A stretch of DNA of 60,000 nucleotides from Lytechinus pictus (lineage: Eukaryota). The translations under genes were made by a program, and so were the position numbers. Each line of letters begins with the position of its first letter. Positions within the stretch are counted from its first letter, which is position 1. Under the pieces are notes generated by a model that had not been told where the DNA came from, ran no database searches, and saw nothing but the letters and a program-made list of their open reading frames with translations. Below are positions 13,701 through 25,500 of the stretch, one piece after another. The DNA is taken from assembly GCF_037042905.1 (NCBI RefSeq), contig NC_087245.1, forward strand, positions 38,194,001-38,254,000. Direction: 5' to 3'.

Positions 13701-16700
13701 CAACCTTCTACCAAACTAAAATTTCAACTGTGTCGTTTATTTACAATGTGTTTGTTTCTTGTTTTGGATCTCCAAATTTAAGAATGCATGAGTTCCAAGT
13801 TGGTACAACACAAGCCAGATTCACTTGGTCCTCTGTGGATACTTAGCGACCCATTTTTTGAGCTTTCTCTCAGAGAAAATAGAAGCAATAAAGCAAAAAA
13901 AAAAACACATAACACCACAACAAACCACGCATAAAGAAAACTTACCAAAGTCGGCTGTGGTATCAGGATATGCAAGAAAAGTAAAATAAATGAATCTAAT
14001 TTAATTTCACATAACAGGTGAACAAATTCAAAGTGTGTTTCTGTTTGATTTACAATTTTAGATTTATGAAACAGCCATTTTGGGGTGAATAGATTTGATC
14101 CAAAGCTAAGTTGGAGTTATGGTATAGAAATCTTATTTTGATAGGAAATGGATGGAAGCAATCCGGAAGTGTTCTTAAAATGCCAGAATGCTTATTTAGA
14201 ACAATGTTAAATTAAAATAATTCAGGCTCGCTTGAAATTAAATTCATTTCATTACCACATGCTTTTCCTTGTGTAGCTAACACAGGAAACAACAAGTGAG
14301 ACCACACTAGAAGCAGAAGGGCATTTTTCAGCAATTTTTCTGATATTCATTTGCTAATTAATTACTCTGTAATTATACATGTTCCTGAAAATTGTTTAGC
14401 AGATATATTTCATTTACTTAATTTTTTCATAATCGTGTGTAAATTTTGTTCAATCCTTGAAAAATGTAATTTCCGGCGTTATCAGTAGGGGAGTTTATCT
14501 GAACTTACTCAATCCTAGGCCAATGTTTTGCGATGGAGGAGGTGTCAAGGATCCACCAGTGTGTGTAGGAGAGATGATAGGACCAAGTTGGGGTGAGCTC
14601 CCATAGAATTGACTCATTCCCAATGATCTCTTGTAGTCTGATCCTCCACCCAGTGAATCACGACGCTGGATAGGGGTGTCCGCACCGGACCCACTCAGTC
14701 CTGAAGAACAATCATATCACATATTTGGTGCCATAGTCCATAACACACGATGAAAATCAAATAATACAAGATATATATAAGGTCAGGGAACAGTACAAGT
14801 CTGGGGAACGTTCCGTCAACATTTTCTTCTGACAAGTTGTCAGATCTGACAACTTTCCTTGATTTTTTATTAGCTGAGGATTGTTGCAATAGCAACTGTT
14901 GAATAAATCCGGACTTGTCAGATAAAACGTCTGACATGCCCTTCCATGAAACGCACCCAAGGGAGTGCTTTATGAAAGAACTTGTCACATGTTTTTCCAA
15001 CACTTGCCATGGCAATAGTCTGACACCTGATTCTCAGATAATCATAGTTAATCAAAGTTGTCAGTTCTCACAACTTGCCAGATGATAAATGTTCATTAAA
15101 CATGCTCCAGTTCCTTAACCCTAACTAGGCCGGGCTTTTTTGGCTGTTCTGTGGCCGGGGGGGGGGGGGGGGTGATTCAACCCCCCCCTGAGATCTTGGC
15201 CGCCGATCGCGCGAGCGCCGCAAAACTTTGCACACTGGTAGTGTGCGATGTAATCTACAAGGCTGTATGGTAAAATTTTCCAAAATAATGAGATTTTATT
15301 TTATATTAATTAATTATGCTAATTTATGCATAAATCATACTTTTTGCTCTAATTCACTAAATAAAGCTCCTAGAATGCTAATTTTTGATGAAAATATTCT
15401 TTGTAGCATTCTTAACAATGGCAATTGAAAAAAACTTCGGTTTGAAAATCAATTTGTTATGTATTTTATTGTTTTATGAATTTCTTATGTATTTCCTTGT
15501 TTTTTAATTGTTTGTTTTTCTTTGTTTTTTCACCAGATTTATTGCACAACCTTTTTGAAGCATAATTATGCTAAAATCAATTGCTTTCAGCTGTTTAAAG
15601 TAAAAATAATCATATCTTTATGAATAAGATGAGAAAACTCAATTTGCATTGACTTTGTACACAAAATCACGTTTTGGAACAATTTTTGGTCTGACATGCA
15701 CTTACAAAATGTTGCGTAATTTCGGAACCGCGTACCCGGGAGTCGTAAATTTGGTCTCAAAAGATGCGCGAGACTTAAAAGTATAAACTCTGCGAGTGGC
15801 ATGGTAAAAAAAATTCGCTCGGCGAAATGATCACAGAAAATGTTGAGGGGGGGGGGGTTGATTCAACCCCCCCCCCCCCGGCCATTTTAGGGTTAAACTT
15901 ACACAGAAATATATATATATATATAAGATTTAACAGCAGAAACATTTGCAGAAATATTTAATTTCCACAATGACCAGGATAACACATGCTAAATGAAAAA
16001 AAAAGTGAAAGATAATTTAAACATCTGAAATGAAAAACAACATCACATATGTCTTGTCACTTTAGATATTCTTGGGTGCTAAAATAGATTCTTCATTAAT
16101 GAAAAGTATTACTAAAGAGCATCCGAATGCAAAGTTCGCTATTTGTCGAAATTCGACTACAATTACAGGAAATTCCATACCACTTTGTTGAACAGGAAAT
16201 TCCTTACCACTTTGTTGAACAGGAAAAACTTTGGAGCACAAGAATGCGTCAACTGTCATGTGTGTAAAGTCATGCATAACTGAAGGAACTACTTTGTGAA
16301 ACACCAGCCCCAGATCTTACCACTGTTAAAGACAGAGCTACTCTGGCCAGCGTAGGAGCCGAGCCCACCGCCGTTGTTCTGCTGGTTGGAAGTCATCTGA
16401 GGGCTGTTGGTGTAAAGGGACATGGAAGCAGCGTTATGGCCCTGTCCTTGGGCCTGCTGGGGCTGAGGTTGGGGCTGCTGCTGAGGTTGGGTGCCCACCA
16501 TGCGGAAGTTACCATTGGTACCGGTGAATCCATTCGCTTGAACTGGGGGTTACACACATCAACACACATCATTGCAGGAGGCTGTTTCACAAAGCCGTTC
16601 GCACCGCTTTACGCACGACCGTGACCCTTTCTTGTGCTAAATGAAATATCCCTCATGTTTTTATTATAATGGGAGTGTATTCCTATATTTAACCCTAACT

Positions 16701-19466
16701 AGGCCGGGCTTTTTTGGCTGTTCTGTGGCCGGGGGGGGGGGGGGGGGGAGGGTTGATTCAACCCCCCTGAAATATCGGCCGCCGATCGCGCGAGCGCCGC
16801 AAAAATTTGCACGCTGGTAGTGTGCGATGTAATCTACAAGTCTGTATGGTAAAATTTTCCAAAATAATGAGATTTTATTTTATATGAATTAATTATGCTA
16901 ATTTATGCATAAGTCATACTTTTTGCTCTAATTCACTAAATAAAGCTCCTAGAATGCTAATTTTTGGTAAAAATTTCCTTTGTAGCATTCTTAACAATAG
17001 CAATTGAAAAAAACTTCGGTTTGGAAATCAATTTCTTATGTATTTTATTGTTTTATGAATTTCTTTGTTTTTCAACCTTTTGTTTTTCTTTGTTTTTTTC
17101 ACCAGATTTATTGCACAACCTTTTTGAAGCATAATTATGCTAAAATCAATTTCTTTCAGCTGTTTAAAGTAAAAATAATCATATCTTTATAAATAAGATG
17201 AGAAAACTCAATTTGCATTGACTTTGTACACAAAATCACGTTTTGGAACAATTTTTGGTCTGACATGCACTTACAAAATGTTGCGTAATTTCAGAACCGC
17301 GTACCCGGGCGTCGTAAATTTGGTCTCAAAAGATGCCCGAGACTTAAAAGTATAAACTCTGCGAGTGGCGCGGTCAAAAAATTTTGCACGGCGGAATGAT
17401 CGCAGAAAATGTTAAGGGGGGGGTTGATTCAAACCCCCCCGGCCATTTTAGGGTTAAAGCTTTAAATATGTTGCATTTTCCACATTCAGATGCATGTTAA
17501 AAGTGAGAATTTTGACGTAAAAAGAGCTAAATGAAATATCCCTCATGTTTTTATAATGGGAGTGTATTCCTATAAATAAAGCTTTAAAAATGTTGGATTT
17601 TCCACATTGAGATGCATGTTAAAAGTGAGAATTTTGACGTAAAAAGATCAGATTTCAACTTTAGCTGGTGAGAATCTGAACGATTTAGAGTTTGATTTAG
17701 CACCCAAGAAGTGTCACTAGTCGTTTGTAAAGTCGTGCATAACTTACAAACAGCTTTGTGAAACCACCACCAAACAGTAAAGTAAAATACTTTTTTTCTT
17801 CTTTTGGTGGGGGGATTTAGGAATACTTTAATTTACAAGTAAGCAAATGAAGCAGTTAATAATCTCAATCCATACTTGTAAAATTATTCCATGAAACTTC
17901 ATCTATGCACGAATGTTTACAAATAACTTCTCAAGAAAATCAATGCTGGACGTGAAAAATGTTTCATTATGTGTATTTTTGGATTGGTCTGCGTGTCGTT
18001 TCCTACATATGACTGGTGTCAGGAACTGCTATGAAAATACTGGATCAAAGAAATCACTCCCTTGCCCTTGTAATTCGCAACTATCTTTTGATATCATGTA
18101 GCTAGATCATTAAAACAAGGTCACAGTACATAAAAACATGTCACAAACAGATATCACACCCATGAATCTTTTCTATGGCAATCTATAACAATAACATAGA
18201 TGGTTTAGCTGCACACTGCAGTAGTGCTTAGTAGCAAGGCGATGCTAAGTAGATTCTAAACGAGTGTTACACAAGTGTGCTAACCTTTGACGTTCCCACT
18301 CTTGTTGGGAATCCACTGTACGAAACAATTCAAAAGCATCACTAGCCGCTAAGTACAGTCGCGAAGAGCAAATTATCTATTTATGCCATTGTCTTCAGTA
18401 CATGTCAAAGAAATCATGCATTGGCATTAAGGTACAGTCAGGGAGATTTTTTTAGATTAGTCCATGACGTGGGCTAGGTCTAGACAAGATGCTTACCTGT
18501 TTGAGCACCACTGACAATAACAGGCGCAGGAGAGACCAGCCTGACAGGTGCTCCCATGCCTGGTCTCTGGCCTAGATTGATCAGGGCTCCTGTCTGGTCA
18601 TAGTAGGTGATCACCTGATAGCCAGCTGCATAGTATAAAGAATAGATAAAGGATTCATGAAAGAGACGTAAGTTTAGCATTTACTAATTGATAACGCTAT
18701 GTTTCACCAAGGTTGACACGTCAGCAATTTGAGTACCATTTTCCAGGGAGTTCTGTAAAGATCTGCTTACGGACAATCAAAATGGCATATCATCAATTAA
18801 TTTCTATCAAACTAATAGGGAAATTCATAAAATATCTAAAGATTATTCACCAATGTTTATTATGAATATTTGATGACAAAAATTTACCCTCGTTTTGAGG
18901 TGCATGGATAGCCATCGAGAATTTTGTTTGGGCGTTATCTCGCGGAGTTGAATTGCACCGCTCCACTGGGCCTGTACCCTGAAAAGAATATATATATATC
19001 ACACACATCACATGGAAGAGCCGTGGTGTGTGGAAGAGCCGTGGTGTAGTGGTTCTGACTCTCGCCTTGTAAACAGAGGGTCGTGTGTTCGAATCCCACC
19101 GCGGTCTAGCGTCCTTTGGCAAGGCGTTAATCCACACTTTGCCACTCTCGACCCAGGTGCTAAATGGGTACCCGGTAGGATGCGAAAGATATTGTATGTT
19201 TGATTTTGCCAGCGCCATAATGAGGCTGCGATGAATGCAAGGAATGCTCCCCAAGGAGTGGAAATTGTGCACTTTCGCGCGGGATTGAAATGAATCCAAT
19301 GACCGGGGTAATAATATGCTGTAACGCGCTTTGAGCCATTCTGGGAAAAGCGCTTTATAAAAATTGGCTATTATAATACTAACCTGCTGGGAAAGGCATC
19401 CCCTGCTGAGCTCCTGGCTGACCTGCCATCTGTTCTCCCTGACCCTGTGGGGTTCCAGCTTGCTGT

Positions 19467-19555
<89 letters not shown>

Positions 19556-22500
19556 CTGTTGCTGGGATGGGGTCATAGGACGTCCACCATTCTGTGCCCT
19601 CTGCTGTTGTCCCTGGCCACCCTGCTACGGGATGAAGTTTAGAAACAAATTGGTCAGAAATAAAATAACTGTCAAGGAATCTTGTTGTGTAATAATAATA
19701 ATAATAATAGTCACTTCTTGTATAGCGCATAACACATTATGAATAACGTATCTATGCGCTTCCAAAGGACTTGGATATTATTACCCCGGCTGTAGCTCAA
19801 GCAGCCTTTCGAGCGCTCTGTATTTCAAGGAATAAATTCCTGCCAGGTACCCATTCACCTCACCTGGGTTGAGTGCAGCACAATGTGGATAAATTCCTTG
19901 CTGAAGGAAACTACGCCATGGCTGGGATTTGAACCCATAACCCTCTGTTTCAAAGTCCGGAGACTAATCCACTGGGCCACAACGCTCCACTGTAGCCAAA
20001 ATCTGCAGTTGTATGATCTACTCAAACACCCACGCCAAGTAAGGGGCAAAATATTTGTATGCCAGCCAGAATGGCGGATAATGACAATAGCAGCATATTG
20101 AGCAAATTGTAGAGTGGATATAAACACAGAATTAGATTGTTATTCTTCTCATAAATCATACTTCCTCTGATCTGAGTCCCATAGCATGAAAGTTACTATT
20201 GAGGTGACTTAGCCATCCAATGGTAACTACCATGGTAACACTGATCAACAGCCAATCAAAATCACGGATCCCAATTACCACTGTATTACAAAGTTACCAT
20301 AATGGTAACTTTTATGCAATGGGGCCAAGGTCTATAAAATGCAGTAGTTCCAGAAGAAGCTTATTCTTATGTCTTGTTTGAGGCAATGCATTGAATGATA
20401 TACATTGAACAGTTGATTTTGTTACTAACCTGTTGGGCTTGTTGGTTAGCCGCTGCAGCAGCTTGTTGCTGTTGCAATCCAGGCGGTAACAGGCCGACAG
20501 GGTAGACAGTACTCCATGGTGTCACACCGTAAGCATACTGGGGAGGCATCACTGCAGGAGCTCCTGATTCAATAAGACAACACAAACGAAATATTACAAG
20601 ATAACAGGTGATATACGGATGTCGCAAGCCTACACACAAGTAAAATATCATCAGTAATTTTCTCAAACAACTTCTGTCTTCTTTCGTCTTCTTCTCCAGC
20701 AAAGTACCATCCCAGTTTCTGGTTTCTAATCCATGTAAATTTCCCACTTCAATATATATTTTACCCCTTTTGTCCCTTCAAAATGTGCCCTGGAGTCCAT
20801 TTCATAAAACATATCATCATAACAATATGCAATAACAGTTACAAGCTATTGAACCCCCTGTTCAAACTGTCCCCTGTCACCCGGGACATCCCAAGGAAAA
20901 TCGACAGTCTGCACGGTCTGGAGGATTGTCCCGTTTCCCTGTTCTATCCGCCCGGGTTTTTCGAAGGAAGAGCGACCTTGGCTCGTAATCCGAGATCGCT
21001 CACCTGTTTTAATCATAAGTGCGCATGCGCGAAATGTGGTGTCAAGAGAACTGCTTCCGCTCAGGTACTGTGCTAGTGCTCGGCTCGCTGCAAGTAATTG
21101 CATTTCCCGCTTTATGTACGGGCGCGCCTTACGTAACCATGCCGATGACCTAGCCCACTCATCCCCGGTGCCAATCTCCCAGACACCGGGGGATGTATGG
21201 ATGGTCGGTCGTAAAGAGATAAGATTTCTCTCCCCCTTCCCCCGGGTGACAGTCTGAACGGCCTAGAAATCATCCAATTTGATTGGCCGAGAATACACAT
21301 GTTACAGAAATCATTAAGTCTTATTTCTTCTGTTGGTTTCCTACAAATTTATTTCTTTGAAATTGATTGTTTACATAAAAAGACTAACATGCAACGTTGA
21401 AAGTAAAATAGGCCTACATGCCATTGGAAACATTTCTATCAATTTCGAATGTATTCAGTCATGAAGAATTTGAGCAAAATAAAATTGACAGTTGAGAAGA
21501 GCTTTTACATACCTGTAACAGTTGCAATCCCAAGAGCATAGGGATCCTGGGCTGTAGGAGCTGCTCCAGCGATGATGTACGGGTTGGCTGCCAGGGCTGA
21601 AAATCATAGAAAATACATTAAAAAAATGTTAAAATACAGTGTTATATCCTGTAGGATTTATCTATTCGGTTTAAAACAGCTACATCAAGAACCAAGACAT
21701 TCGATACACAAGAACAATGTTGCGAGACGAAATGATCAGAGATCTTTGTTCATTTTTATCATTTCAGTTGATGTTACTGTAGGGTCAACATCACGAAACA
21801 ATCTTTCAGTGTCAAGAAAGAAGTGAATATTCATTTTCTTGATTAACTTTTCAACTAAATCAAAACAATTTTGGAAAATAGGCCATTTCATTGATGTAAA
21901 GATGTGAACTGAAATTTCAGCAACATTATGGGAGGGGTTTTTGTTTTTCCATATGGTCAAACGGTCGTCAAAATAGGAAAACTCTATGCTTTCAACAGTC
22001 GTTTAAATGTTTTGACTCACCCCTCAATCACTTAAAATGCAGATTAATGTGTTTTTTAAGTCACCAAATACTGAAATTCTCTACCCAAATCTGATGTTTA
22101 TTTACGGCTGGTGGGCTGAAGGCAGCATAACATTTTTCATTTTAGACCTTACCGTACTTCTTCAATATGCACAACAGAGATGTTCTCAAAGAAATCAGTC
22201 ACATTGTAGGTTACACATGAACTTACCAAGTTGTTGTTGTTGTGCAGCAGCTAGAGCATACTGCTGTTGTGGGGTAAGCTGTTGAACTGCTATGGTTTGA
22301 GGGGTTGGTTGACGTTGCTGAAACATTTGCTGTAAGGAAACCAATAACAATTAATTAACAGCTATCATGTATTAACAAATATGATATGTCAGATTGATAT
22401 TTCAATAAACAACTGTGTGTCTACAACATGTATCAGTGTTACACACTTAATGCTATCATGTTGTTTCATTATGGGTATTTAATTGAGCTGAACAGTTTCT

Positions 22501-25500
22501 CAACTAATCCACCCATCAAATTTTCATACAGATACAAGCCTACTGTGCAGTGCATAAGCTACAAAATAGCCAAGCTTCCTAAATAAAAATATTCTTCAAA
22601 ATTAATCTCCTAAAGTGAATCAAAGCCGGGTAATAATTACATTATCATGTTAAGCAGGGCCAGCTCGGAGAAGTTTTCGGAACTGAAGTGGCTACCCTGG
22701 GTAATTATAACGTTATTATTATAAACAGTCAACAGAAATCACATATTCAAACATGAGGTACTGGCATAACATATTATTTACCTGGGATTGGTCATAATTG
22801 ATATAACTTGGGCTGTCCATGCTGTGAGCCATTTGGTTTCCTGCCGAGTAGTCAAACTGCAGCCCTTCCATGCCCCCGACGTTCTCCATCCCAGCCCCGG
22901 TGTCTATCTGCAAGGGATTCTGAACACCGCCCTCGATGTAGGCACCTTCCGATGGCTGCTGGTGCTGCGGATGCTGGGGATGGTGCTGCTGATGAACCTT
23001 TGGGATCATGTTCTGGCGTTGCATGTCAGCCGTCGACGTCGCTGGCTGCTGCATCGCTGCGTTCTTACTCTCCTCTTGCTCTGTTGGGGATGCATTGCGG
23101 CTACCAGGTGTGCGACTACAAAATGGAAAGTTATATACTTTATGTTCATCAGTTATCTAAGGGGAGTCAAAACTGAACCAAACACCTCTGCCTACTTCAT
23201 ATAACAACCAATAAACTGACTTTATCTCGCCACTCAATAACCATAACAAGTGGAATGCCTCTGGCCGTCTCACCTGCATCACGCGATTCAATATAGCAGC
23301 AGTGCTGATTTTGAAAACTACTATAACTCGCACAAGATGTTCAGTGATACTTGGTTACTCGTATTTCCACGTTTTATGAACTAGACCAATACACTTATAG
23401 AGATATGATGGCAATTCAACAAATACCCCCAACGTGGCCAAAGTTCTTTGACCTTACATGACCTTTGACCTTGATCATGTGACCTGAAACTCGCACAGGA
23501 TGTTCAGTGATACTTGATTACTCTTATGTCCAAGTTTTATGAACTAGACCAACACACTTTCAAATTTATGGCTGTAATTCAACAAATACCCCAATTCGGC
23601 CAAAGTTCATTGACCCTAAATGACCTTTGACCTTGGTCATGTGACGTGAAACTCATGCAGGATGTTCAGTGATACTTGATTAACCTTATGTATAAGTTTC
23701 ATGAACTAGGTCCATATATTTTCTAAGTTATGATGACATTTCAAAAACTTAACCTTAGGTTAAGATTTTGATGTTGATTCCCCCAACATGGTCTAAGTTC
23801 ATTGACCCTAAATGACCTTTGACCTTGGTCATGTGACATGAAACTCAGGCAGGATGTTCAGTAATACTTGATTAACCTTATGGCCAAGTTTCATGAACTA
23901 GGTCCATATACTTTCTAAGTTATGCTGTCATTTCAAAAACTTAACCTCAGGTTTAATAAGATTTGGTGTTGACGCCGCCGTCGCCGTCGCCGCCGTCGCC
24001 GTCGCCGTCGGAAAAGCGGCGCCTATAGTCTCACTCTGCTATGCAGGTGAGACAAAAACTACCCTAAATTTAGGCAAGACCTTCCCCATTTTTTTTAAAT
24101 CAAATGTCACAGTGTTGGTTATGTAATAAGTAAAAGTGCACTGTCAAGTTATCATTTAGATGACAAAGAATTTGTAATTTCTTTGAACCATCCAAGACAA
24201 CTTGAAGGTCAATTGCCATCTCGTCTACTCATCACATGGTCCACCTTCATTTAGTCTAATGCAATTTCGTCCAAAAACATTTCGTCTAACAACCATTTGC
24301 TCCAATTGTCACTTCATCAAATAACCAGTTTGTGTTGGACCATTTTGTCTCATAACCAGCTGGTCTAATGTCCATTTTGTTTTCATTCATTTTTTTGCCC
24401 AATTAAGATATTAGATCAAATGGTATATGGACTAAATCGCTATTATCCCAACTGGTTATTAGATGAAATAGAGAGTGGACAAAATGGCAATTAGACCACG
24501 TGGATAGTGGACGAATTTGCATTAGACCAGTTGAAAATAAACCCAGTAAAGAAGGGTACAACACTGCCACTGACCTGAATGCATTGGGATCCTCTTCCGG
24601 TTTTTGTTGTGGTACGGGATCTATGCCATTCTCTACCACCTCCTGCTTGTCTCCCTCTGCTTCAAAGGGCGATGGTGTCTTGCTCTTCTTGCCGTTGTTG
24701 GGTTGAGGCTGCTGGCTGGAATCACCTCCTGGCTGATGTTGCCCTCCACTTCCATCCTAATAGATATAATGGTTAAAAAAATAGAAGGTATTAAACTTGG
24801 CTCTAGTACAGGATACAAAGTTGATCTCTCATAGATAGTAAAAGAAAATCTTCGGCTCATGAAGTATTTGCAAACTATCCATGAAACTTCAAAATATCAA
24901 TAGTGAAAAGGTTTATTCAACAAGTGGAATGCCTCTGGCCGTCTCACCTGCATCACGCGATTCAATATAGCAGCAGTGCTGATTTTAAAAACTACTATAA
25001 CTCGCACAAGATGTTCAGTGATACTTGGTTACTCTTATTTCCACGTTTTATGAACTAGACCAATACACTTATAGAGATATGATGGCAATTCAACAAATAC
25101 CCCCAACGTGGCCAAAGTTCTTTGACCTTACATGACCTTTGACCTTGATCATGTGACCTGAAACTCGCACAGGATGTTCAGTGATACTTGATTACTATTA
25201 TGTCCAAGTTTTATGAACTAGACCAACACACTTTCAAATTTATGGCTGTAATTCAACAAATACCCCAATTTGGCCAAAGTTCATTGACCCTAAATGACCT
25301 TTGACCTTGATCATGTGACCTGAAACTTGCACAGGATGTTCAGTAATACTTGATTACTATTATGTCCAAGTTTCATGAATCAGATCCATAAACTTTCAAA
25401 GTTATGATGGTAATTCAACAGATACCCCCAATTCGGCCAAAGTTCATTGACCCTAAATGACCTTTGACCTTGGTCATGTGACGTGAAACTCATGCAGGAT

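Noticed and set aside
13778..13870. Extra pumilio exon in the 12293-14508 intron
   Set aside because: Only a weak GAG acceptor, an early in-phase stop and no Pumilio similarity.
19364..19730. Poly-Leu (+) and Thr/Ala-rich (-) ORFs
   Set aside because: Antisense and alternate frames of the pumilio polyQ exon.
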